From Pristiophorus japonicus (Eukaryota), in contig NC_092008.1 of assembly GCF_044704955.1 (NCBI RefSeq), positions 2,604,001-2,668,000 of the forward strand: a stretch of DNA of 64,000 nt, read 5' to 3'. Under the pieces are notes generated by a model. The model saw nothing but the letters and a program-made list of their open reading frames with translations, was not told where the DNA came from and did not search any database. Within the stretch, counting starts at the first letter, position 1, and every line of letters begins with the position of its first letter. Of the stretch, positions 22,872 through 33,314 are shown piece by piece. The position numbers and the translations under genes are program-made.

Positions 22872-24515
22872 GCTGAGGGAGCGCCGCACTGCGCTGTCGG
22901 AGGGGCGGTACTGAGGGAGCGCTGCACTGTCGGAGGGGCGGTACTGAGGGAGCGCCGCACTGCGCTGTCGGAGGGGCGGTACTGAGGGAGCGCTGCACTG
23001 CGCTGTCGGAGGGGCGGTACTGAGGGAGCGCTGCACTGCGCTGTCGGAGGGGCGGTGCTGAGGGAGCGCCGCACTGCGCTGTCGGAGGGGCGGTACTGAG
23101 GGAGCGCTGCACTGCGCTGTCGGAGGGGCGGTACTGAGGGAGCGCCGCACTGCGCTGTCGGAGGGGCAGTACTGAGGGAGCGCTGCACTGTCGGAGGGTC
23201 AGTACTGAGGGAGCACCGCACTGTCGGAGGGGCGGTACTGAGGGAGCGCTGCACTGTCGGAGGGGCGGTACTGAGGGAGCCCCGCACTGTCGGAGGGGCG
23301 GTACTGAGGGAGCCCCGCACTGTCGGAGGGGCGGTACTGAGGGAGCACCGCACTGTCGGAGGGGCGGTACTGAGGGAGCGCCGCACTGCGCTGTCGGAGG
23401 GGCAGTACTGAGGGAGCGCTGCACTGTCGGAGGGGCAGTACTGAGGGAGCGCCGCACTGCGCTGTCGGAGGGGCAGTACTGAGGGAGCGCTGCACTGTCG
23501 GAGGGGCGGTACTGAGGGAGCCCCGCACTGTCGGAGGGGCGGTACTGAGGGAGCCCCGCACTGTCGGAGGGGCGGTACTGAGGGAGCACCGCACTGTCGG
23601 AGGGGCGGTACTGAGGGAGCACCGCACTGTCGGAGGGGCGGTACTGAGGGAGCGCTGCACTGTCGGAGGGGCGGTACTGAGGGAGCCCCGCACTGTCGGA
23701 GGGGCGGTACTGAGGGAGCCCCGCACTGTCGGAGGGGCGGTACTGAGGGAGCGCCGCACTGTCGGAGGGGCGGTACTGAGGGAGCGCCGCACTGTGGGAG
23801 GGGCGGTACTGAGGGAGCACTGCACTGTCGGAGGGGCGGTACTGAGGGAGCGCTGCACTGTCGGAGGGGCAGTACTGAGGGAGCGCCGCACTGTCGGAGG
23901 GGCGGTACTGAGGGAGCGCCGCACTGTCGGAGGGGCGGTACTGAGGGAGCGCCGCACTGCGCTGTCGGAGGGTGCAGTACTGAGGGAGCCCCGCACTGTC
24001 GGAGGGGCGGTACTGAGGGAGCGCCGCACTGTCGGAGGGGCGGTACTGAGGGAGCCCCGCACTGTCGGAGGGGCGGTACTGAGGGAGCCCCGCACTGTCG
24101 GAGGGGCGGTACTGAGGGAGCCCCGCACTGTCGGAGGGGCGGTACTGAGGGAGCCCCGCACTGTCGGAGGGGCGGTACTGAGGGAGCCCCGCACTGTCGG
24201 AGGGGCGGTACTGAGGGAGCGCCGCACTGCGCTGTTGGAAGGGCGGTACTGAGGGAGCGCCGCACTGTCGGAGGGGCCGTATTTCGGACGAGACGTTAAA
24301 CCGAGGCCCCGTCTGCCCTCTCGGGCGGATGTAAAAGATCCCGGGGCCACTATTGGAAGAAGAGCAGGGGGAGTTCTCCCCGGTGTCCTGGGGCCAATAT
24401 TTATCCCTCGACCAACATCACTAAAACAGACGATCTGGGTCATTATCACATCGCTGGGTGTGGGAGCTTGCTGTGCGACAATTGGCGTTTCCCACAATAC
24501 AACAGCGAGCGCACT
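22872..24515 (+). mobile_element. DeuSINE-like SINE with about 1.4-kb 33/38-bp minisatellite
   Basis: Array 22872-24275 followed by SINE body. Confidence 0.87.
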
Positions 24516-24834
24516 TGAAAGAAAAGTGATTTTCTGGGTGCGAAGTGCTGTGCGACGTGTAATTGTGGATAAACTCGCAGTCGGGATGCGAGTCTGTCTT
24601 GTCCCATGCTCCCCGCCTCCTCCCGTGTTGCCCAAAACTCACTGTGGGTTTGTCGACAGTTTATCCGGTGGGGATTCAATCACTACAATAATTTGGTGGG
24701 ACTTTGAGTATTGCCAGAAAGTCGTGGACAAACATGATGTTTAAGCCAAATAAGCTCTCTTTCCCAAAGTAGAATTCAAGTATAAACAATGTATAAAATA
24801 GCACATCAGCCTTACTATGTGTGTTCATGTTGAT

Positions 24835-25670
24835 CGAGGAAGACTTGCCTCCACTCTAACAATGAGTTCTTAGGTGGCTGAACAGTCCAATACGAGAGCC
24901 ACAGTCCTTGTCACAGGTGGGACAGACAGTGGTTGAGGGAAGGGGAGGGTGGGACTGGTTTGCCGCACGCTCCTTCCGCTGCCTGCGCTTGGTTTCTGCA
25001 CGCTCTCGGCGACGAGACTCGAGGTGCTCAGCGCCCTCCCGGATGCACTTCCTCCACTTAGGGCGGGACTGGTCTTTGGGCCCAGGGACTCCCAGGTGTC
25101 GGTGGGGGATGTTGCACTTCATCAGGGAGGCTTTGAGGGTGGTCCCTTGTAACGTTTCCTCTGCCCACCTTTGGCTCGTTTGCCCGTGAAGGAGTTCCGA
25201 GTAGAGCGCTCGCTTTGGGAGTCTCGTGTCTGGGGGGACATGCGGACAATGTGGCCCTGCCCAGCGGAGCTGGTCGAGTGTGGTCAGTGCTTCGATGCTG
25301 GGGATGTTGGGCCTGGTCGAGGACGCTAACGTTGGTGCGTCTGTCCTCCCGGGGGGGATTTGCAGGATCTTGCGGAGACAGCGTTGGTGGTATTTCTCCA
25401 GCGACTTGAGGTGTCTACTGTACATGGTCCATGTCTCTGAGCCACACAGGAGGGCGGGTATCACTACAGCCCTGTAGACCATGAGCTGGGGGTGAGATAC
25501 CTACTGTACACGGTCCATGTCTCTGAGCCACACAGGAGGGCGGGTATCACTACAGCCCTGTAGACCATGAGCTGGGGGTGAGATACCTACTGTACATGGT
25601 CCATGTCTCTGAGCCACACAGGAGGGCGGGTATCACTACAGCCCTGTAGACCGTGAGCTGGGTGGCGGAT
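24835..25670 (-). mobile_element. RTE LINE 3' fragment with an 86-bp segment present three times at its 5' end
   Basis: ORF 24856-25482 (VYRAVVIPALLCGSETWT...SHLRTH); period 86 at 25415, 25501, 25587. Confidence 0.88.
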
Positions 25671-25902
25671 TTGAATGTTTATACTATTCTATAGTCTGTC
25701 CCGACTCATTCGTTGGCCCTGATGATGAATTTATTCTTGTTACTGGCGATGCCAAGTTGGATTGACTGAACTTTAGTTCCGATCGGTAGTTCATTTCCAT
25801 GTTCAAGGCGCCCTCCCCGTACTCTCCGGCCTTCCCACCTTCTGTTGCCGCAGCCTGCCTCTATTTCGGCCTTCCCGTAAAGCTGCTCTTGTCTCTCCGC
25901 AG

Positions 25903-26291
25903 TTATCTTCCACTACGCGGTGATCGTGGAGATGTTCTTCACCGGCCTGCTGGCCCGCTACAGCTTCAGGAAGTTGGAGCCGGGCGGTGAGGCCCCGCGG
26001 CTGGCGGTTCACCGCTCGGTGCAGACGGACGCCGGCGGCAACGGGGGGGCTGCCGGGCCCCGCCCCCGCGGCGGCCTCGAACCCGAGGAGCTGTCGCTGG
26101 GCCCGGGCCCCGACGCCGACGAGGCGCTGTGCCGGATCGAGCACGCGCCGCTCGATCGGTTCGACTTCGCGGCGGGCCGGGGAACGCTGGCGGCCTTCGC
26201 CCCCGACTCGGCGCCCGTGGGCATGAACGCCCTCCAGGTGCGCGCGCAGATCAACTGCGGGGCTCCCGGCAAAGACGTGACCGTGGTCTAA
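25903..26291 (+). CDS. SLC51A-like: Organic solute transporter alpha-like terminal exon
   Basis: (I)IFHYAVIVEMFFTGLLARYSFRKLEP...KDVTVV*; acceptor ctccgcag, phase 1 fits the previous exon; TAA at 26289-26291. Confidence 0.88.
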
Positions 26292-26314
26292 CGCTTCGGC
26301 CCGTAGGGCAGGCG

Positions 26315-26930
26315 CCGCCGGTCGCTGGAGAAACACCACCGACGCCGGCTCCGCAAGATCCGGCAAATCCCCCCCCGGGAGGACAGACGCACCAACGTTA
26401 GCGTCCTCGACCAGGCCCAACATCCCCCAGCATCGAAGCACTGACCACACTCGACCAGCTCCGCTGGGCGGGGCCACATTGTCCGCATGTCCCCCCCCCA
26501 GACACGTGACTCCCCAAAGCCAAGCGCTCGACTCGGAACTCCTTCACGGGCAAACGAGCCAAAGGTGGGCAGAGGGAACGTTACAAGGGACCCACCCTCA
26601 AAGCCCTCCCTGATAAAGTGCAACATCCCCCACCGACACCTGGGAGCCCCCGGGCCCAAAGACCAGTCCCGCCCTAAGTGGAGGAAGAGTATCTGGGAGG
26701 GCGCTGAGCGCCTCGAGTCTCGTCGCCGAGAGCGTGCAGAAACCAAGCGCAGGCAGCGGAAGGAGCGTGCGGCAAACCAGTCCCACCCTCCCCTTCCCTC
26801 AACCACTGTCTGTCCCACCTGTGACAGGGACTGTGGTTCCCCGTATTGGACTGTTCAGCCACCGAAGGACTCATGTTTAGAGTGGAAGCAAGTCTTCCTC
26901 GATCCCGAGGGACTGCCCATGATGATTATC
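26315..26930 (+). mobile_element. RTE LINE 3' fragment directly after the stop codon
   Basis: SLEK.H.R.LRKI...TVCPTCDRDCGS; (gat)n tail. Confidence 0.85.
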
Positions 26931-27121
26931 TGAACGACAGCGCAGAAGGTTTTTGAACATTTCACCTCTGCAGGTCCGCGTCTGTCACGGGCCCTCGCGC
27001 TGCGTTACGGTAGCTGAGTCACTCGCCCTTCCTTCAGTGCTTCCTCGTCCTGGTACCCACTGGCTAAGTGACAGAAAACAAGACAGTAGTGGTGCACGGT
27101 TGTCTTCCGGAGCAAGGTACG

Positions 27122-28860
27122 TAAGAACATAAGAAATAGGAGCAGGAATCGGCCATTCGGCCCCTCGAGCCTGCTCCGCCATTTAATACGATCATGGCTG
27201 ACCCGATCATGGACTCAGCTCCACTTCCCCGCCCGCTCCCCATAACCCTTCACTCCCTTATCGCTCAAAAATCTATCTTCTCCTTGGATATAGAGGCATA
27301 GAAACATAGAAAATAGGTGCAGGAGTAGGCCATTCAGCCCTTCGAGCCTGCACCGCCATTCAATAAGATCATAAGAGCATAAGAACATAAGAACTAGGAA
27401 CAGGAGGAGGCCATCTAGCCCCTCGAGCCTGCTCCGCCATTCAACAAGATCATGGCTGATCTGGCCGTGGACTCAGCTCCACTTACCCGCCCGCTCCCCA
27501 TAACCCTTAATTCCCTTATTGGTTAAAAATCTATCTATCTGTGATTTGAATACATTCAATGAGCTAGCCTCAACTGCTTCCTTGGGCAGAGAATTCCACA
27601 AATTCACAACCCTCTGGGAGAAGAAACATGGCTGATCATTCACCTCAATACCCCTTTCCTGCTTTCTCTCCCTTTAGCCGTAAGGGCCAAATCCACCTGA
27701 AATATATTCAGTGACCCAGCCCACACAGCTCTCTGGGGTAGAGAATTCCACAGATTCACCAGAAGAAATTCCCCCTCATCTCCGTCCTAAATGGGCGACC
27801 CCCTTATTCTGAGACTATGTGCCCCCTAGTTCTAGATTCCCCCACGAGGGGGAAACACCCTCTCTGCATCTACCCTGTCCAGCCCCCTCAGAATCTTACA
27901 CGTTTCAATAAGATCACCTCTCATTCTCCTCAACACCAATGAGCAGAGGCCCAACCTCCTCAACCTTTCATCATAAGACAACCCCCTCATCCCCGGAATC
28001 AACCGAGTGAACCTTCTCTGAACTGCCTCCAATGCAAGTATATCCTTCCTTAAATACGGAGACCAAAACTGCACGCAGTACTCCAGGTGTGGCCTCACCA
28101 ATGTCTGGTGTCCCTGGGGCTCGGTAATCGGACCACTGCTTTTCTGGATATATATTAATGACTTGCACTTGGGTGCTCACGGCACAATTTCAAACATTTG
28201 CAGATGACACAGAGCTTGGCAGTATCGTGAACAGTGAAGAGGGGACTGATCATCATCAGAGGCAGTCCCTCGGAATCGAGGAAAACTCGCTTCCACTCTT
28301 AACACGAGTCCTGAGGTGGCTGAACAGCCCAATACGGGAGCCACAGTCCCTGTCACAGGTGGGACAGACAGTGGTTGAGGGAAGGGGAGGGTGGGACAGG
28401 TTTGCCGCACGCTCCTTCCGCTGCCTGCGCTTGCTTTCTGCACGCTCTCGGCGACACTAGGGGAGTGATACACTTCCAGAGGACATAGACCGGCTGGGGG
28501 AATGGGCGGGCACGTGGCAGATGAAGTTTAACGCAGAAAAGTGCAAAGTGATAGATTATGGTCGGAAGAACAGGGAGAGGCAGCGTAAACTCAAGGGTAC
28601 AATCCTAAAGGAGAGGTGGATGAACAGAGAGACATAGAAACATAGAAAATCGGTGCAGGAGTAGGCCATTCGGCCCTTCGAGCCTGCACCGCCATTCAAT
28701 GAGTTCATGGCTGAACATGCAACTTCAGTACCCCATTCCTGCTTTCTCTCCATACCCCCCCGGGGGTATATGTGCACAGATCGTTGAAGGGGGCAGGGCA
28801 GGTTGAGAGAGCGGTTTTAAAAAAAAGCTTACGGGATCCTGGGCTTCATAAATAAGAGAC
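27122..28860. mobile_element. Nested CR1 fragments (both strands) with a small RTE tail at about 28250-28457
   Basis: Stacked (aagaacat)n/(agaaacat)n tails; [14 protein letters not shown]; FADDTELG. Confidence 0.85.
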
Positions 28861-28863
28861 CTT

Positions 28864-29519
28864 GGGGCCCGAACTTGGTGGGCCGATGGCCGCCGAGAGA
28901 CCGGGCGGTAGTTTGCCAGGACGATCACCCGAAAAGAGGCGCCAATACCGCCCCGCCGGCCAAATCACGCCTTGCGCCGTCAATCCGGGCGGGCAGCTCC
29001 CAATCTTGGCCGGCAAATGTGGTCCGCCGCCGAGGATTGAGTCGGTCGGTCCCAGGGAGGAGGGGGAACACGGAAAAATAAAAATGGTCACAATTCACCA
29101 AAACCCCCCTCCCCCCACACCTTCAGGGGACCCCCTGTGTAGGTAGAGCCCTTAAAAGAAATACAATTATCATCTGTTCACCGAGCTTTTTAGAGGCGGG
29201 TCTTCTCTCTTACCGTGGGGGTTAGAGATGCCTCCTCACAACGGCCCGATTTCCCCCCCCCCCCCCCCCGCCTCGCTCCCGCCCGGAACCAATATGGCAG
29301 CTCAGTGGGCGGGACGTCACCTACGCGGCTGGTCCGCCAGAGTCGGTCAGCGGGCGATTCCTGCCAGTACTCCCCTCTCCCCCCACCCCCTCTCCCACCC
29401 CTCCCCCCCCCCGCCCCCCACCCCCCGCCGGATTCGGACCTGGAGGAATCTGTCACCCGAGGGGAGAGCGGATAAAGAATTCAGCGGCAGCCGGCGGTAA
29501 GGCCCCCAACTGTGGCCCC
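28864..29519. mobile_element. Candidate non-autonomous DNA transposon (PIF/Harbinger-like MITE) inserted in CR1
   Basis: Interrupts CR1 sequence ataaataagagac | atagagtacaaaagc; ends ggggcccgaacttggtgggcc and ggcccccaactgtggcccc are imperfect inverted repeats. Confidence 0.55.
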
Positions 29520-29679
29520 ATAGAGTACAAAAGCGAGTAAGTCATGATGGACCTGTATATTCAAAAATAAAACCACACTGGTTTTGCAAGTTCTGAGCCT
29601 GTTTTCTCTCATTTTTGTTTAAATAGTTTTGTAAAACAATTTTTGTGCCTCAAAAGAATTAATAATGCAATGCTTGTGC

Positions 29680-30215
29680 CTACTTTGTCTCATTTGATTA
29701 AATAGTTTATTTAATGCAAGCTTGGTGCCGATATTGTCTCATATTTGATTAACTACTTGTTTAATACAATTATTGTGCCTCAAATAATGTATAATGCAAG
29801 GTTTGTGTCTAATTTGTCTCATATTTGATTAAATACTTTATTTAATGCAAGTCTGGTGCCTATTTTGTCTCATATTTGATTAAATACTTTATTTAATGCA
29901 AGTTTGGTGCCTATTTTGTCGCATATTTGATTAAATACTTTATTTAATGCAAGTTTGGTGCCTATTTAGTCTCATATTTGATTAAATACTTTATTTAATA
30001 CAAGTTTGGTGCCTATTTAGTCTCATATTTGATTAAATACTTTATTTAATACAAGTTTGGTGCCTATTTTGTCTCATATTTGATTAAATACTTTATTTAA
30101 TACAAGTTCGATGCCTATTTAGTCTCATATTTGATTAAATACTTTATTTAATGCAAGTTTGGTGCCTATTTTGTCTCATATTTGATTAAATAGTTGTTTA
30201 ACACAAATGTTGTGC
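29680..30215. repeat. AT-rich 51-bp minisatellite with internal palindrome
   Basis: Unit gtctcatatttgattaaatactttatttaatgcaagtttggtgcctatttt; period 51 (29820, 29871). Confidence 0.9.
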
Positions 30216-30399
30216 CTCAAATAATTTATAATGCAAGGTTTGCGCCTCGTTTGACTCCTATTTGGTTAAAGAGTGTTTTGTGGAGTGTGGGCGAGGTTTG
30301 AGCCTGATATTTGATGGAACAATTGACAATGCCCAGTTATTGTGGGAGCAGTGGGTGAGGCCAGGTGTTGTTGTTGTTGTATTGCGCCTGTCAGCACCC

Positions 30400-31600
30400 A
30401 GGCGCGGTAACCAAGGCCGCACGGCTGCTAGGCAACCGGGGGGGGGGGGGCGTTCCCGAGAGGCGGAGCCCAGTGTGTGTGTGGGAGAGAGAGAGAGAAG
30501 GCTGGAGCACGTGACGGGGGGGGGGGGAGCGAGAGACCGGGGGAGAAGTGAAGGCGGTGTGTAAATGGGAGCACGTGACATGGGAGTGTGTGTGTGTATC
30601 TGCGTAGATTGGTGGAGAGCAGCACGTGACGAGGGGGCGAGAGAAGTGAAGGTGGTGTGTGGAGAGGAGCACGTGACAGGGGAGTATGTGTATTGGCGGA
30701 GATCAGCACGTGACGTTGGGGGGTGGAGACACGACAGACCGGGGTAGAAGTGAAGGCGGTTGGTAAATAGGAGCACGTGACATGGGAGTGTGTGTGTCTG
30801 CGTAGATTGGTGGAGAGCAGCACGTGACGAGGGGGCGAGAGAAGTGAAGGCGGTGTGTGGAGAGAGCAGCACGTGACAGGGGAGTGCTTGTGTGTAGATT
30901 GGTGGAGAGCAGCACGTGATATGGGGAGAAAAGAAGTGAAGTCTGTGTGGGTGGGAAGAGGAGCACGTGACAGGGGGGGGGGAGTGTCTGCCGCCTGCGC
31001 GCCGATTGGTGGAGAGGCGGCACGTGTGTGTGTGTGTGTGAGAGAGAGGCTGGCGCGTGAGTCAAAGCTGCGCCGCCTGTTCCAACGGGCAGGCGGCACG
31101 TGACAGGGGAGCGTGGGGCGAAGGCGGCGCGGAGGGGCACGTGACGGGGGCGGGGCGGACGGTCAGCCGTCAGTCGGGACTGTCGGCCGGTGTGTGAGGA
31201 GGAGGAGACGGACATCTTCCCTCCCCCGTCCCTCCGCGGGGGGAAAATCAGCAAACAATGGTGAGAGCCTTTACCCCCCGACTTTTATCCCTCGATATCA
31301 AACGATTAGAGTCGCCAAGAAGCGATTAATCGCTTTTTTTTTTACATTGTGGGGAGGAAAAAGCGCCTCACCTCAGATCGCTCCGCTCGCGCTCTCGGCT
31401 CGCCCTCCTCCCGCCTCCTCCGCCGATTGACGGGCCGCGCCGGCCAATCGGCGGCTCGCCGTCTCCAGCGCCCGCCCAATCAGCGCCCTACTGGCTCGGC
31501 CCGGCCCCCCCCGGCCAATCAGCGCTCGGCCGCCCCTTTCCCAGGGGCGGGACATCCGGCGGAAGCGCGGACCAACGCGGAAGTGCTTCCCTCCATTCAC
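30400..31600 (+). promoter_or_regulatory. CpG-rich promoter region upstream of WDR13: E-box array, CCAAT boxes, GC box, ETS sites, RFX X-box-like motif
   Basis: 13 CACGTG in 30508-31143; ATTGG at 30608, 30692, 30806, 30898, 31005; CCAAT at 31444, 31476, 31515; gcggaagtg 31577; gctgctaggcaac 30424. Confidence 0.75.
31170..31260 (+). other. Candidate first (5' leader) exon of WDR13; start approximate
   Basis: Follows the E-box array and ends at donor ATG|gtgaga; the first coding exon has an acceptor (34585) that needs an upstream exon. Confidence 0.45.
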
Positions 31601-31679
31601 AGCCAGGCAATATTGTGTGTGGTGGTGGTGGTGTGTTTTTTTTTTGTGAAATTTAGCATTTTGCTTCAAGATTTTTTTA

Positions 31680-33160
31680 TTTATTTTTTGTTGCAGAAGG
31701 TGCACTTGTTGCTTTCTCATCTTTTAAGGCCAATTGCAACCTTAGCGCCTCCAGCAAGGTTTAATTAATTTAAAAACATAAATTTGTCCATTTTTTGCAA
31801 TTTAACATTGTGAGATTGAATCATTTTCTGTTGCAAAAGATGCACTGGCTGGTTTCTCTACACTCAATGCCAAAATGTTAGTGTTGGACTTTTCAGCAAG
31901 GTATAATTCATTTAAAAAAAATACAATTTGCTTTCTCTCGATTTTGCAACTGTCTGATTTCACAATAGTTTTTTTTTGCAAAAGACGCGCTTGTTGATTT
32001 TGTCGTCTTTTCAAGCCAGATTTTATCGCGTGAAAGTGTCCAGCAATTAGGTTTTTAAAAAAAATAAATACTTTTTAATTCTTGCAATTTGGCATTGTGT
32101 GATTGAATCATTTTCTGTTGCTTTTTAAAAAGAATCTCAAATGTACAGCGCCAGAGGAGGCCATTCCGGCCCATCGTGTCCGCCTCGCGCCGGCCGACCA
32201 AGAGCCATCCCCGGTCTAATCCCACTTTCCCGCTCTGGGTCCGTAGCCCTGTGGGTTACGGCGCTTCGAGCGCACGTCCAAATGTGGTGAGGGTTTCTGC
32301 CTCTACCGCCCTTTCAGGCCGTGAGTTCCTCCCCAGACCCCCACCACCCTCTGGGTGAAGACATTTCCTCTCAAATCCCCTCTAAACCTCCCCCCAATTA
32401 CTTTCAATCTCTGCCCCCTGGTTGTTGACCGCTCTGCCAAGGGAACAGGTCCGTCCTATCCACTCTATCCAGGCCCCTCACACTTCAATTAAATCTCCCC
32501 TCAGCCTCCTCTGTTCCAATGAAAACAACCCCAGCCTCTCCAATCTTTCCTCATCGCTAAAATTCTCCAGTCCCGGCAGCATCCTGGTAAATCTCCTCTG
32601 TACCCTCTCTAGTGCAACATCCTGGTAAATCTCCTCTGTACCCTCTCCAGTGCAACGTCCTGGTAAATCTCCTCTGTACCCTCTCTAGTGCAACATCCTG
32701 GTAAATCTCCTCTGTACCCTCTCCAGTGCAACATCCTGGTAAATCTCCTCTGCACCCTCTCTAGTGCAACATCCTGGTAAATCTCCTCTGTACCCTCTCC
32801 AGTGCAACGTCCTGGTAAATCTCCTCTGTACCCTCTCCAGTGCAACATCCTGGTAAATCTCCTCTGTACCCTCTCTAGTGCAACATCCTGGTAAATCTCC
32901 TCTGTACCCTCTCTAGTATGATCACATCTTGTTGATTTTGTCGTGCCAAATGTTGTTAAAATTTCCAGCAAGGTTTAGTTAATTAAAATTACATTTTTCA
33001 TTTTTTCAATTTTGCAATTGTTGCATTGTCTGGTTTAATAATTTTTTTGCAAAAGGTACATTGATTGCTTGGTCACGTTTTGATGCCATTTATACCGTGT
33101 TAAACATGTCAGCAAGGCTTAATTTAAAAAAAAAACATTTCTTTCAATGTTTCAATGCAT
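31680..33160. repeat. Diverged AT-rich tandem repeat of about 145 bp, split by a CR1
   Basis: Anchor cagcaa(gg) near 31751, 31893, 32040, 32965, 33109 with shared ttttgcaa / attgaatcattttctgttgc blocks. Confidence 0.6.
32140..32915 (-). mobile_element. CR1 3' fragment with 38-bp minisatellite (32580-32915)
   Basis: Same subfamily and unit as 21211-22540. Confidence 0.88.
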
Positions 33161-33314
33161 TTCCGGACTAACATGGGCTTTCTCTTTTTGCACAGTCATC
33201 AGCTGATTGCAGTGATGTTTGCTGACAGACTGAAAAGCTTTATTGATCTGTCCACTTTAAATAAAACACTGACCAGGGAAGAAATACGGGAATCGCTTCT
33301 TGAGAGTTTAAGAT

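Noticed and set aside
22553-24635. Long repeat-protein ORFs ([22 protein letters not shown])
   Set aside because: The 33-bp unit is stop-free in several frames and lies within SINE copies; no sign of a real gene
26974-27116. Candidate extra exon (ctgcag...aag|gtacgt) after the OSTalpha-like stop
   Set aside because: In the phase needed it hits an early stop, and the open frame resembles nothing I recognise; probably UTR or intergenic
33181-33280. Possible C/D snoRNA (gtgatgt...ctga) or extra WDR13 leader exon after a strong acceptor
   Set aside because: Imperfect C box, no terminal stem, no recognised guide sequence and no matching donor
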